DNA of 40,642 nt. Source: Acholeplasmataceae bacterium (GTDB lineage: Bacteria > Bacillota_I > Bacilli_A > Acholeplasmatales > Acholeplasmataceae). Below, piece by piece: positions 10,589 to 20,051 of the stretch (position 1 is the stretch's first letter; every line of letters begins with the position of its first letter). The translations under genes and the position numbers were made by a program. Below the pieces are notes generated by a model. The model worked only from the letters and a program-made list of their open reading frames with translations. It did not search any database and was not told the DNA's origin. The stretch is from NCBI GenBank assembly GCA_035447465.1, contig DAOTHC010000001.1, positions 1-40,642 on the forward strand, written 5' to 3'.

Positions 10589-10686
10589 GTTTTACCTCCC
10601 AATATCATGATAGTATCACACATATTGTTCCATAGACAAAAGGAATGATGCCATGCACCATTCCTTAATTTTTAATGCATAATATC

Positions 10687-11031
10687 TTACTTATGCCCTT
10701 CCTCTGGAACAATACAAATAAATGAAAATGTATCTTCCCCAACATTTTTAAATTGATGGATGGTGTTGCCTGGAATATATGCATATGATCCCGCTGATAC
10801 CTTTTCAACCTTACCATCAATCATGAGTTCTCCCTCACCTTTGATGATGTAGTTGACATGATACCATGGATGTTGATGTTTAGGTGTATGTCCACCCTTT
10901 TCAACATCTAGAACTCTTAAGACATGGCCTTGCCAGCCTTCTTGTGGTGAAACTAAGACTTTAATTGATGCGTCCTTAACTTCTGGACTTGTTAATATTT
11001 TAGCTTGTAAATCTTTGATATGACCAATCAT
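10687..11031 (-). CDS. Cupin domain protein
   Basis: 'GGHTPKHQHPWYH..YIIKGEG' and 'IPGNTIHQFKN' cupin motifs; GGAGG RBS. Confidence 0.9.
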   Translation of the reverse strand: MIGHIKDLQAKILTSPEVKDASIKVLVSPQEGWQGHVLRVLDVEKGGHTPKHQHPWYHVNYIIKGEGELMIDGKVEKVSAGSYAYIPGNTIHQFKNVGEDTFSFICIVPEEGHK

Positions 11032-11145
11032 GTTTATCCTCCGTAAAGTGATATGAATACATTCTCATGATAACATGTAAACGACTTACGAGACAAGGTA
11101 AACGAAAGAAAAAGGATGCATCTTTCGATCCATCCTCTGACGAAC

Positions 11146-11961
11146 TTATGCTGGAATGACACTTCCTGCATAATGTTCGTTAATGTATGCTTTGACAACA
11201 GGTAAAGCTAATACTTCAATTAATGCTTTAATTTTAGGTGATTCAAGCAGAGCTTGGGTGGTTGCAACAATATTGACATAAGGATTATCGACTGTCGATT
11301 CAATGAAGAGTGAATCCTCTGCAGGATTTAAATCGCCTTCAAGTGCATAATTTGAGTTAATGATATAAAGCGATGCTTCATTTGCATTGTATGCAGAGAT
11401 TAAGAGATCTGGTGCCACATCACTTCGTAGAACTAAATTTTTGGGGTTAGATGTGATCACTTCATTAAAATTGATTTGTGTTGACAAAATATCAAATGAT
11501 TCAGATAGTGTAATTAAACCTGCACTACGAAGTAAGTTGAGTGCACGACCATGATCAGAAACTGAATTTGAAAATAAGACAGTTGCTCCATTAGGAATAT
11601 CATTTAAACTTGTGATAGTTTTGCTATATAATCCAATGGGTTCAATGTGTACACGTGAAGCAATCACGAGTTGACGACTTGCATTTTCGCTGTTGTAACG
11701 ATCTAAAAAAGGAATGTGTTGAAAAAAATTAGCATCTGCATCTCCTGCAGCAACCGCAGGATTGGGTAAGTAATAATCAGATGTTATCACGATGTCTAAG
11801 TCATAACCTTTATCTAGTAGATAAGGTCTTGCAAATTCTAATATTTCGGCATGAGGCACACTTGTAGCAATCACTTTAAGTGTTTGTTCATCTGAAGCTG
11901 AGCAAGCTGTTAAACCAATAACTGTAAAAAGAAGGGTGAAGATGTATAAGATTTTTTTCAT
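11146..11961 (-). CDS. metQ: Methionine ABC transporter substrate-binding lipoprotein (MetQ/NlpA)
   Basis: Lipobox LTAC, 'VPHAEILE', 'DANFFQHIPFL', 'HIEPIGLYS', 'NPYVN'. Confidence 0.92.
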   Translation of the reverse strand: MKKILYIFTLLFTVIGLTACSASDEQTLKVIATSVPHAEILEFARPYLLDKGYDLDIVITSDYYLPNPAVAAGDADANFFQHIPFLDRYNSENASRQLVIASRVHIEPIGLYSKTITSLNDIPNGATVLFSNSVSDHGRALNLLRSAGLITLSESFDILSTQINFNEVITSNPKNLVLRSDVAPDLLISAYNANEASLYIINSNYALEGDLNPAEDSLFIESTVDNPYVNIVATTQALLESPKIKALIEVLALPVVKAYINEHYAGSVIPA

Positions 11962-12647
11962 ATGTTTTTCTCCTGTTTTTTTTGTGTGTGATCAAGTTTT
12001 CTTGCAAAAAAGTCACCTGTAACTTGAATCAATAAGACAATCAATAAAATGGTACCAATCGATACATACATTAGTGGATAGTTGTTGCCAAATTTGCCAT
12101 ATTCATATGCTAAATAAGCTAGTCCACCTGCACCTATAACCGCTGCAGCGGACATAAACCCAACCAATGTCACTAATGTGAGTGTAAATCCTGAGACTAA
12201 ACCTGATAAAGTTTCTTTGAAAATGACCTTATAGGTCATCAGTAATGAAGCTCCCATCGCTTCTAATGCTTCTAAGGTATCCTTTGATACTTCACGAAGC
12301 GACATGTGAACCACTCGTGCAAAGAAGGGGCTGGCACTGATAATCAGTGCGGGTAGTGCTGCACGTGCACCTAGCATGGTACCTACTAAAACCCTCGTCA
12401 CTGGAATGAGTAAAATCAGTAAAATGATGAAAGGTATTGAACGAGCGATGTCATTAACAGTAGCGAGTATTCGGTGAAAAATTTTAACTGATCGTTTTTC
12501 TCCAAAAAGAGATCCTGGTTCTGAAGCATAAAGGAAAAATCCAATGATGAGTCCAATGACTAAAACGAATAAACCTGTACCAAAGACTAAGAATAACGTC
12601 TCACCTAAGGCTTCAACAAATAGTTTTCTAATATGTGAATCAAACAT
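11958..12647 (-). CDS. metI: Methionine ABC transporter permease
   Basis: 'RSIPFIIL', 'PFFARVV', EAA-like 'LEALEAMGAS', 'IGAGGL'; overlaps both neighbours. Confidence 0.9.
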   Translation of the reverse strand: MFDSHIRKLFVEALGETLFLVFGTGLFVLVIGLIIGFFLYASEPGSLFGEKRSVKIFHRILATVNDIARSIPFIILLILLIPVTRVLVGTMLGARAALPALIISASPFFARVVHMSLREVSKDTLEALEAMGASLLMTYKVIFKETLSGLVSGFTLTLVTLVGFMSAAAVIGAGGLAYLAYEYGKFGNNYPLMYVSIGTILLIVLLIQVTGDFFARKLDHTQKKQEKNI

Positions 12648-13620
12648 AACGGTTTACCTCCACGCCACATGTTCTTAAATAGTTAATAGCTTCTTCTTGT
12701 CTTTTTCCTTGTATTTGAAGATAGAGATAACCAATATTTTCATCTTTTAATTCCAATGTTTTAGCAAACATGATGTTAACATCCACATCAAACGTTTTAA
12801 TCATCTCAGATAACGTCATAGAATCACTGTTTTTATGATCATAGATCAACTCATAAATCATCTGACTTTGATCTTTAGGTTCATAAATTAATGATTTAAT
12901 TAAAGCCTTTGTGACATCAGATGACGGTTTTGTGAATAGTTCTTTCGCACGTTGATCTTCGATGATGACACCTTGATTCATCACGATGATGCGGTCACAT
13001 AAATCCTTAATAACATCAATTTGGTGACTGATAAAAATGATTGTAATCCCTGTTTTTTCTTGAATATCTTTTAGCAATAAAACAATATCATGTGCTGTTT
13101 TTTGATCAAGTGCAGATGTCGCTTCATCACAAAGTAAATACTTAGGGTGATTCGCAAGAGCACGGGCAATACCAACCCTCTGTCTTTCACCACCTGAAAG
13201 TTCAACGGGGTATCTTTTAGCTTTATCTTTTAAACCTACAAGTTCCAAAAGTTCATGAACTCGTTTTTCACTTTGTTCTTTCGGATAATTCCCGATGTTT
13301 AAAGCTAACATAATATTTTGATAAACCGTCATTGAAAAGACCAAATGGAAGTGCTGGAAAATCATGCCCATGCTCTGTCGCATTCGATTAAGCTCCTGAC
13401 GATTTAAATCATTGATGGTGACACCATCAACAATCACATGTCCCGAAGTAGGTTTAATCAAACCATTCATCAATCTGATCAATGTACTTTTGCCAGCACC
13501 TGAATAACCGACAATACCAATGATTTCTTGATCATGAATGGTTAAATTCACATCTTTCAGGACCTGAAAAGATGTATGTTTTTGATGATATATGTGTTGA
13601 ATATCTTTTAGTTCAATCAT
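12640..13620 (-). CDS. metN: Methionine ABC transporter ATP-binding protein with C-terminal NIL domain
   Basis: GYSGAGKSTLIR, LSGGERQRVGIARALA, LLCDEATSALD. Confidence 0.93.
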   Translation of the reverse strand: MIELKDIQHIYHQKHTSFQVLKDVNLTIHDQEIIGIVGYSGAGKSTLIRLMNGLIKPTSGHVIVDGVTINDLNRQELNRMRQSMGMIFQHFHLVFSMTVYQNIMLALNIGNYPKEQSEKRVHELLELVGLKDKAKRYPVELSGGERQRVGIARALANHPKYLLCDEATSALDQKTAHDIVLLLKDIQEKTGITIIFISHQIDVIKDLCDRIIVMNQGVIIEDQRAKELFTKPSSDVTKALIKSLIYEPKDQSQMIYELIYDHKNSDSMTLSEMIKTFDVDVNIMFAKTLELKDENIGYLYLQIQGKRQEEAINYLRTCGVEVNRYV

Positions 13621-13642
13621 AGCAAACTCTCCTTAAATCAAT

Positions 13643-13666
13643 AAAAAAACCTATCGAAACGATAGG
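13643..13666 (-). terminator. Riboswitch-controlled terminator of the metNIQ leader
   Basis: Minus strand CCUAUCG-UUU-CGAUAGG-UUUUUUU; its 5' arm (CCUAUCGUUU) can alternatively pair with AAACGAUGGG at the aptamer 3' end. Confidence 0.85.
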
Positions 13667-13683
13667 CGTGTCATCTTTGATGT

Positions 13684-13770
13684 CCCATCGTTTATAGCTT
13701 TACCACCTTGTTTACATAAACTGGTTGGTAGACGTTCATCGAGCTATATCTCTCCCGTCTTCTTGATAGT
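13684..13770 (-). ncRNA. SAM-I (S-box) riboswitch aptamer, compact form lacking P4
   Basis: Minus strand: CUAUCAAGA (P1/J1-2), GACG...GAUGAA-CGUC (P2 with kink-turn), UACCAACC...GGUGGUA (P3), loop UAUAG pairing with CUAUA (pseudoknot), GAUGG (P1 3' strand); lies upstream of metN. Confidence 0.88.
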
Positions 13771-13788
13771 TGTTATGAAATTACATTT

Positions 13789-13799
13789 ATTGTAGCACA
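13789..13799 (-). promoter_or_regulatory. Extended -10 promoter for the SAM leader/metNIQ
   Basis: TGTGCTACAAT about 18 nt upstream of the aptamer. Confidence 0.6.
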
Positions 13800-13847
13800 C
13801 TCTATGGGTGATAGAAAGTACTTTATTTATGAAATCGTTTTTATTGG

Positions 13848-14738
13848 TTATCTCTTTAAAATAAGATCAGCTTGATTCTTGATTTCCATCGCTTTGACAT
13901 AAGCAATTTCTTTGGGAATCCACGTTTTAATAAACTTGAGTAACCGTTTAAATCCATTGCGCTTATAAATACGAAGATACGCTTTGAAGCGAGGTACTTG
14001 AACAAAGACTTTATAATCATAATTGGCTAATAATTTTGGATGCATACTATAAGCACCTTCAATGATGAGCATCGGTTGATAATTGATACTTACTTGATCC
14101 ATATGCGTATGTTGTTTAAAATCGAAAGGTCGATAGTGATAACCCATTTTATTCATAAAAGGGGTCACAATCTCTTGATTGATTTTATCAAAATCGATGT
14201 TAGCTCCATGTATACTTAAAGGGTCTTTAGGATCAATCGTGATTTTCTTAAAGTAGTCATCCGTATGAACAAGATTCGCATCATAAATCTTTTTAAGTTT
14301 TTCACCTAACGTTGTTTTACCAGATGCAGAGAATCCATCCATAGCAACTAACACTTGATCTTGAACGTGTGATAGTTCATCAAGTTTTGATAACAATGGT
14401 AAAAGTGATATATCCTCATGATGCATGATGACAAATGAGGTTTTAGCTTGTTGATGATAGATGTCAGAGAAGATGTGATCATCTGTGTGATGACGAAGTT
14501 CACAAAGTTTTGTTAATGTCTTCTTAGATATGATCCATGAACCTTTCGTATCAAGTTCAATATAAACATAATCTTTGCTTACTTTATGAAACGATGAAAT
14601 TCCGACATATTCACCTACCGCATACGTAAAAAATGGTTGTTTTGAACCATTTTTAAACTGATGCATCAAGAGTTTCATATCTTCTTTAGATGCAAGACCT
14701 GAAGGGTTTAATTTGTCCAGAATTTCGTTTCTTGTCAT
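13848..14738 (-). CDS. Uridine kinase/PRK-like P-loop kinase with an N-terminal domain of unknown function
   Basis: DGFSASGKTT Walker A, HTDDYF, IIEGAYS. Start moved to ATG 14738, 4 nt after the ECF gene stop. Confidence 0.8.
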   Translation of the reverse strand: MTRNEILDKLNPSGLASKEDMKLLMHQFKNGSKQPFFTYAVGEYVGISSFHKVSKDYVYIELDTKGSWIISKKTLTKLCELRHHTDDHIFSDIYHQQAKTSFVIMHHEDISLLPLLSKLDELSHVQDQVLVAMDGFSASGKTTLGEKLKKIYDANLVHTDDYFKKITIDPKDPLSIHGANIDFDKINQEIVTPFMNKMGYHYRPFDFKQHTHMDQVSINYQPMLIIEGAYSMHPKLLANYDYKVFVQVPRFKAYLRIYKRNGFKRLLKFIKTWIPKEIAYVKAMEIKNQADLILKR

Positions 14739-14742
14739 ATTT

Positions 14743-15279
14743 CTAACGATCCAATAGATGTGTTCTTTGTAAATAGATAAATACAAGTGGTACGACAACA
14801 ACTTGAATAGCAATACCTGGTAAGCCTGTGACAAATGCAGCAGCAATAAACTTATCAAAGGTAAAACCAAAGCCAGCTAATGGATAAAAGATGGCTGCAG
14901 CTGCTCCCCAAACACCACGTCCAATGAGTAGCGAGATGATTAAAGCTACGTAGACGAATGCTGGTTTTTTAGGTAATAAACGATAACTTATGCCAATGAT
15001 TAGTCCATATGCACCTAACTCAAACATCATTGCTAAAGCGACTGGAAATAAAGGGGGCATACCGATTAAAACACTTCTTAAGATCGGAGTTATTAACCCA
15101 ACGAGTAAACCATATTTCCCACCTAATACTAGACCTGCGATAAGCACAGGAATGTGCATCAGTAAGAAAATACCACCTAACTCAGGATTACTTCCTGTTA
15201 AAAAGGGTAAAACAAGGCCTAATGCGATAAACATACTGGCTAAAACAATGTCTTTAATTGTAATGTTAGCTAATTTCAT
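14743..15279 (-). CDS. ECF transporter S component (substrate unknown)
   Basis: 178 aa, 5-6 TM; 'ASMFIALGLVLP', 'MHIPVLIAGLVLG..YGLLVG.ITP', 'GMPP', 'PGIAIQ'. Confidence 0.88.
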   Translation of the reverse strand: MKLANITIKDIVLASMFIALGLVLPFLTGSNPELGGIFLLMHIPVLIAGLVLGGKYGLLVGLITPILRSVLIGMPPLFPVALAMMFELGAYGLIIGISYRLLPKKPAFVYVALIISLLIGRGVWGAAAAIFYPLAGFGFTFDKFIAAAFVTGLPGIAIQVVVVPLVFIYLQRTHLLDR

Positions 15280-15328
15280 AATGTCTCATTTCTCTTTATT
15301 ATTTTTATGTTTTCATAGTTTTTCATTG

Positions 15329-15355
15329 AAAAGCATCCCACATTTAGGGATGCTT
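15329..15355 (-). terminator. Probable terminator of the uronate operon
   Basis: AAGCATCCC-ACATTTA-GGGATGCTT directly after the larA-like stop; short U-tail. Confidence 0.65.
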
Positions 15356-15360
15356 CATGA

Positions 15361-16629
15361 TTAAAATCGGTTCTTGTCAATCCAAAGTCCAAGTGCTGGG
15401 TTTGGGATGTAATAAATCTCTTCACCATCATCCATGATGTTCCAACCAAGTGTTAACTTTTCAGGTGAATAACGCTTAATCATCTCATCATAATCTGCAG
15501 CTTCAAAATGAACGGACTCAATCTCTTCTTTAGTTATATTTTTCACGGCATAAGTCACCGTAAATCTACCATCTGAAGAACCATGAATCAAATGCGCAGT
15601 GATGCCCATATTATCTTTCAACTCTTGTGTCTTATTGAAAAGCTCTAAGACTTTTAAGCGACCTTGATAACCATATTTTCTGATGAGTTCATCATTCTTT
15701 TTATCTTCACCAAATTTGGTAACACCAGGTGCTAAAACGATGAGTTCTCCACCATCAGCAATCGCCATGCGTGTACGATAAACGGCTTTGTTACCTAACC
15801 AGGTGCTCTTAAACTCTTTAGGTTCAAGATAGACAACGCACTTCTTAATCGGACGATCAAGGAAGTCTAAATTCTTTTGTTGAGCTAACTCAATACCAAG
15901 TTCAAACCCTTTTCTTGATTCGCTGATAAATAAACCGTGTGTCTGCGTATTGCCACCTGGTGCTGTTGTAACTGTTAAGACGAATAACACAGGACGTTTG
16001 TTTAAAAAGTGAGTTAATGCATAATCAAGCACCTTACGAACAGGTGTATGATCTTTACCCATCATACGTTCCATACCGTAAACGGCCCCTAGCATGTGGG
16101 ATTGGTTAATGATATTTTTACCACCACAACCTACAAATAAATTCTTAGAGTGATTAGCAATACCCACAACTTCATGAGGAACAATTTGTCCAATCGATAC
16201 GATTAAGTCATAAGATGGATCCACGATGAGTTTGTTGATTTCAACATTGATAGGATCATGCCATAAACCTTCAGACACTTCTTCAAGAAAAACTTTAGGT
16301 ACTTCACCTATGGAAACAACATCTTCTCTCCAATTATGATAAATAAATTTTTCAAAAGGGATATCACCAAACATTTCTTCACATTCAGCTTTTGTCATCG
16401 CTTCATGTGTTCCAAGTGCGGGTAAGATGTCAACTTCTGCATAGTCTTTTAAAAGATGATAATACGTGTTTGTAATGATCCCAGCATTCGAATAAAAGCG
16501 GGTAAAATCAGGTGGAACAAGTAATACTTTCTTTAATGATTTGCCTTCAAGTGATTTTTGAATCGCTTCTTTGATTTCAGAAGCATTCAATCCTTCAGGT
16601 CTTGGTGATTTTAGAAATATTTCAGTCAT
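15361..16629 (-). CDS. LarA (lactate racemase) superfamily protein; probable D-mannonate/D-gluconate 2-epimerase (GntE-like)
   Basis: 'PPDFTR', 'PALGTH', 'HNW', 'IVPHEVVG..N.SK' and 'DGGELIVLAP' LarA_N motifs; context with uxaE, uxuB and gnd. ATG 16629 preferred over GTG 16638. Confidence 0.8.
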   Translation of the reverse strand: MTEIFLKSPRPEGLNASEIKEAIQKSLEGKSLKKVLLVPPDFTRFYSNAGIITNTYYHLLKDYAEVDILPALGTHEAMTKAECEEMFGDIPFEKFIYHNWREDVVSIGEVPKVFLEEVSEGLWHDPINVEINKLIVDPSYDLIVSIGQIVPHEVVGIANHSKNLFVGCGGKNIINQSHMLGAVYGMERMMGKDHTPVRKVLDYALTHFLNKRPVLFVLTVTTAPGGNTQTHGLFISESRKGFELGIELAQQKNLDFLDRPIKKCVVYLEPKEFKSTWLGNKAVYRTRMAIADGGELIVLAPGVTKFGEDKKNDELIRKYGYQGRLKVLELFNKTQELKDNMGITAHLIHGSSDGRFTVTYAVKNITKEEIESVHFEAADYDEMIKRYSPEKLTLGWNIMDDGEEIYYIPNPALGLWIDKNRF

Positions 16630-16638
16630 ATTGATCAC

Positions 16639-17490
16639 CTAAACGCCTGAGTATGCTGAGAAGCCACCATCAACAGGAATGACAACACCTGTTACAAATC
16701 CAGATGCTTCATTATCTAATAACCATAACAATGTGCCTATAAGTTCTTCAGGTTCACCATAGCGTCCCATTGGAGTATTGTTTAAAATCTTACGTGAACG
16801 ATCGGTTGGCGTGCCATCTGGATTCCAGAGTAATGCTTTATTCTGTTCAGTTGAAAAGAATCCTGGAGCAATCGCGTTCACGCGAATATTTGATTTAGCA
16901 AAGTGAACTGCTAACCATGCTGTGAAGTTAGAAATGGCTGCTTTTGCTGCACTGTATGCAGGAATCTTAGTGAGTGGCTTAAACGCGTTCATTGAACTAA
17001 CGTTTAAAATGACTGATCCTGGTTTATCAACCATATCAACTGCAAAGATTTGAGTTGGCAATAACGTTCCTGTGAAGTTTAAACCAAACACAAAATTAAA
17101 ACTATCTAAGTCTAAATCAAAGAAACTCTTATTACCTTCTTGACCAAATGTTTCTTTATTGAAAAATTCATCAGTCGTTGTAGCACGTGGATGATTTCCA
17201 CCTGCACCATTGATTAAAATATCTGCTGGACCAAAAGCTTTTAAAACTTCTTGTCTTGCTTGTTTTAATGATTCTTTTTCCAAGACGTTAGCTTTAACAC
17301 CTATCGCTTGATAGCCTTTTTTATTTAATTCTTCAGCAAGTTCTTTTGCTTTTTCTTCTGATAAATCTAAGATAGCTACTTTCGCGTCACATTGTGCAAT
17401 TGCTCTTGCAAAATCACTACCTAAGACACCTGCACCACCCGTAATAACGACAACCTTATCCTTAAGGTTTGCTTTAAATGGAATTTTCAT
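16639..17490 (-). CDS. uxuB: SDR-family D-mannonate oxidoreductase (fructuronate reductase)
   Basis: TGGAGVLG, NGAGGNHP, 'SSMNAFKPLTKIPAYSAAK', 'VIPVDGGFSAYSGV', typical of the mannonate oxidoreductase SDR subfamily. Confidence 0.85.
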   Translation of the reverse strand: MKIPFKANLKDKVVVITGGAGVLGSDFARAIAQCDAKVAILDLSEEKAKELAEELNKKGYQAIGVKANVLEKESLKQARQEVLKAFGPADILINGAGGNHPRATTTDEFFNKETFGQEGNKSFFDLDLDSFNFVFGLNFTGTLLPTQIFAVDMVDKPGSVILNVSSMNAFKPLTKIPAYSAAKAAISNFTAWLAVHFAKSNIRVNAIAPGFFSTEQNKALLWNPDGTPTDRSRKILNNTPMGRYGEPEELIGTLLWLLDNEASGFVTGVVIPVDGGFSAYSGV

Positions 17491-17504
17491 TTTCTATTCT
17501 CCTC

Positions 17505-18953
17505 TTAACTATTATAGGTGGTTGATGATGTATCGCCACCACGTCCTGTCCAATTGGTGTGGAAGAACTTACCCTTAGGCTGATCAATTCTTTCATAAGT
17601 GTGTGCACCGAAGTAATCACGTTGAGCCTGTAGTAAATTAGCGGGTAATGATGCTGTCGTATATGAATCAAAATAACTTAATGCAGATGACATCGCTGGC
17701 GTTGGAATACCGTTGATCACAGCTGTACCAACGACTTTTCGCCATGAATCTAATAGATCTTTCATCTGATTCTTAAAGAAATCATCCATAATTAAATTAG
17801 GTAATTCGGGATTCTTTTCATAGGCTTCTTTAATGTTATTTAAGAATGCAGAACGAATGATACAACCACCGCGCCATATTTTAGCTATACCGCTATAATT
17901 TAAGTTCCAGTTATAGGTTTTAGCTGCTGCTCTCATCAAATCATAGCCTTGTGCATAAGAGATGATTTTTGCTGCATAGAGCGCTTTTCTGATATCTTCG
18001 ATGAAAGATAGTTTATTACCAACATAGGGTTTAATCGTCTTTGGATAAGCTTTCGCTGCTTCAACACGTTCATCTTTTTGAGCTGAAATAATACGAGCAT
18101 AAACAGCTTCGGTAATCATGGTTAATGCTACGTTTTCTTCTAGGGATGTAATCGCTGTCCATTTACCAGTACCCTTCTGTCCTGCTTTATCTAAAATCTT
18201 ACTCACTAGCGGTTCGCCATCTGTATCTTTAACAGCTAAAATCTCACCAGTGATTTCGATTAAATAACTATCGAGTTCTGTTTGATTCCATGCTTTAAAG
18301 ATTTCTGACATATCGTCATGTGATAATTGTAGTAAATCTCTCATCAATTGATAAGCTTCAGTAATCAGTTGGATGTCACCATATTCAATACCATTATGAA
18401 CCATTTTGACAAAATGACCAGCGCCATTTTCACCAATCCATTCACAGCATTTATCACCGTTAACATCCGCTGAAATAGCTTGAAAAATGGGTTTAATGGG
18501 TTCCCATGCTTCGGGTGAACCACCTGGCATAATGGAAGGTCCATTAAGTGCACCTTCTTCACCACCGGAAACACCACTACCAATGAAATGAATACCTTTT
18601 TGTTTCAGATATTCAGTACGGCGTGTTGAATCTTGATAATTGGAATTACCACCATCAATGATAATATCACCTTGATCAACAAGTGGAATGAGCTGATCAA
18701 TCACTTGATCAACAGGTGAACCAGCTCTGATCATCATCATGATCTTTCGTGGTTTTTCTAAGGATGAGACAAAATCTTTTAAGTTTGTATAAGTCTGTAT
18801 CGTTTTTCCTTTTGCACGTCCTTCTTTAAAATCTAGAACACGCTTTTCATCGATATCAAACGCTGAGACTAAAAAACCTTTGGATGCCATATTCATGACA
18901 AGGTTTTCACCCATCACAGCAAGTCCGATCATACCGATATCTGCTTTTTTCAT
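17505..18953 (-). CDS. gnd: 6-phosphogluconate dehydrogenase, decarboxylating (long-chain type)
   Basis: GLAVMG, VSGGEEGA, GHFVKMVHNGIEYG, QKGTG, WRGGCIIRS, QAQRDYFGAH. Confidence 0.97.
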   Translation of the reverse strand: MKKADIGMIGLAVMGENLVMNMASKGFLVSAFDIDEKRVLDFKEGRAKGKTIQTYTNLKDFVSSLEKPRKIMMMIRAGSPVDQVIDQLIPLVDQGDIIIDGGNSNYQDSTRRTEYLKQKGIHFIGSGVSGGEEGALNGPSIMPGGSPEAWEPIKPIFQAISADVNGDKCCEWIGENGAGHFVKMVHNGIEYGDIQLITEAYQLMRDLLQLSHDDMSEIFKAWNQTELDSYLIEITGEILAVKDTDGEPLVSKILDKAGQKGTGKWTAITSLEENVALTMITEAVYARIISAQKDERVEAAKAYPKTIKPYVGNKLSFIEDIRKALYAAKIISYAQGYDLMRAAAKTYNWNLNYSGIAKIWRGGCIIRSAFLNNIKEAYEKNPELPNLIMDDFFKNQMKDLLDSWRKVVGTAVINGIPTPAMSSALSYFDSYTTASLPANLLQAQRDYFGAHTYERIDQPKGKFFHTNWTGRGGDTSSTTYNS

Positions 18954-18965
18954 GATTAACTCCTT

Positions 18966-20039
18966 CTAACGCTTAACGCGTGCATTACCTTCCCAGATAC
19001 TCCATATTTGTTCTTCATCTGCGGGAAGACCAAAATCATCTAATAGTGTTGTTACAAAAGCTCCTGATGCCCAACCAAATTGTGCACATTTTTCACTTGG
19101 CCATTCTTTTAATAAACCATAGAGAAGACCGCCTACAAATCCATCGCCACCACCGATACGATCTAAAACTGGAATCTTGCGTGGTTCAATGACTGTCCAC
19201 GTTTCACCATCAAGTAAGATGGCTCCCCATAAATGCTCATTCGCACTTTCGACTTGACGAAGTGTCGTTGCGTATGTGGTTGCATGTGGGAAAGCTTTTT
19301 TAACATTATGGATGAGTTCTTTAAAGCTATCGATTTGGTCACCGATATTCTTACCGCCTTCTTCAGGACCATGAACACCTAATGCAAGTTGGAAGTCTTC
19401 TTCATTACCAATGAGAATATCAGCTAAACTTGCAATTTCTTTAAAAATCTTAGATAATTCGTCATGACGATTCTTCCAGAATGATGCACGATAGTTTAAG
19501 TCAAATGCAATTTTTGTACCTGATGCTTTCGCATAGCGTGCAAGTTCAAGACAAAACTGACTTGTTTCTTGAGATAGTGCAGCAATTAATCCCGAAAGAT
19601 GTAAAAGTTTGACGCCTTCTTCATTAAAGATACGGTTTAAATCGAAATCTTTCACATTGAGGGTTCTACCAACTTCACCAGCACGGTCATTTTGAACACG
19701 TGGTCCTCGCATACCATAACCGCTATCAGCAATGTTGAACTGATGACGATAGCCCCATGGACCACCTTGTTCAACATCTTTTCCTTCATAGTCGATACCT
19801 CTTCTTCTTAAATCACTTTTAATTAAAAGAGCAATTGGACTATCTTTAACGAATGTCGTTAGTACTTTGGTTGGTAAACCTAATCCTGCTGAAATACTTA
19901 AAACGTTAGTTTCAGCTGATGTTGCTTGCATATTAAAAAGATGTGAGATATGTACAGGTTGACGGTCTTGTGGTGTAATTCTTACACCCATGGATGAGGG
20001 TACAACTAGCGCATAGCGCGCATTTTGTTTAAAGTTCAT
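18966..20039 (-). CDS. PfkB-family sugar-acid kinase (KdgK-like; candidate gluconate or mannonate kinase)
   Basis: 'FDLNYRASFW', 'GNEEDFQ', PfkB signature 'DRIGGGDGFVGG'. Confidence 0.85.
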   Translation of the reverse strand: MNFKQNARYALVVPSSMGVRITPQDRQPVHISHLFNMQATSAETNVLSISAGLGLPTKVLTTFVKDSPIALLIKSDLRRRGIDYEGKDVEQGGPWGYRHQFNIADSGYGMRGPRVQNDRAGEVGRTLNVKDFDLNRIFNEEGVKLLHLSGLIAALSQETSQFCLELARYAKASGTKIAFDLNYRASFWKNRHDELSKIFKEIASLADILIGNEEDFQLALGVHGPEEGGKNIGDQIDSFKELIHNVKKAFPHATTYATTLRQVESANEHLWGAILLDGETWTVIEPRKIPVLDRIGGGDGFVGGLLYGLLKEWPSEKCAQFGWASGAFVTTLLDDFGLPADEEQIWSIWEGNARVKR

Positions 20040-20051
20040 GCTCAGTCTCCT

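Noticed and set aside
11052-11070. ARG-box-like TATGAATACATTCTCATGA upstream of the cupin gene
   Set aside because: Two mismatches, single copy, AT-rich background and no functional link to arginine
14739-14870. N-terminal extension of the kinase ORF
   Set aside because: It overlaps the ECF gene in another frame; ATG 14738 follows the ECF stop directly
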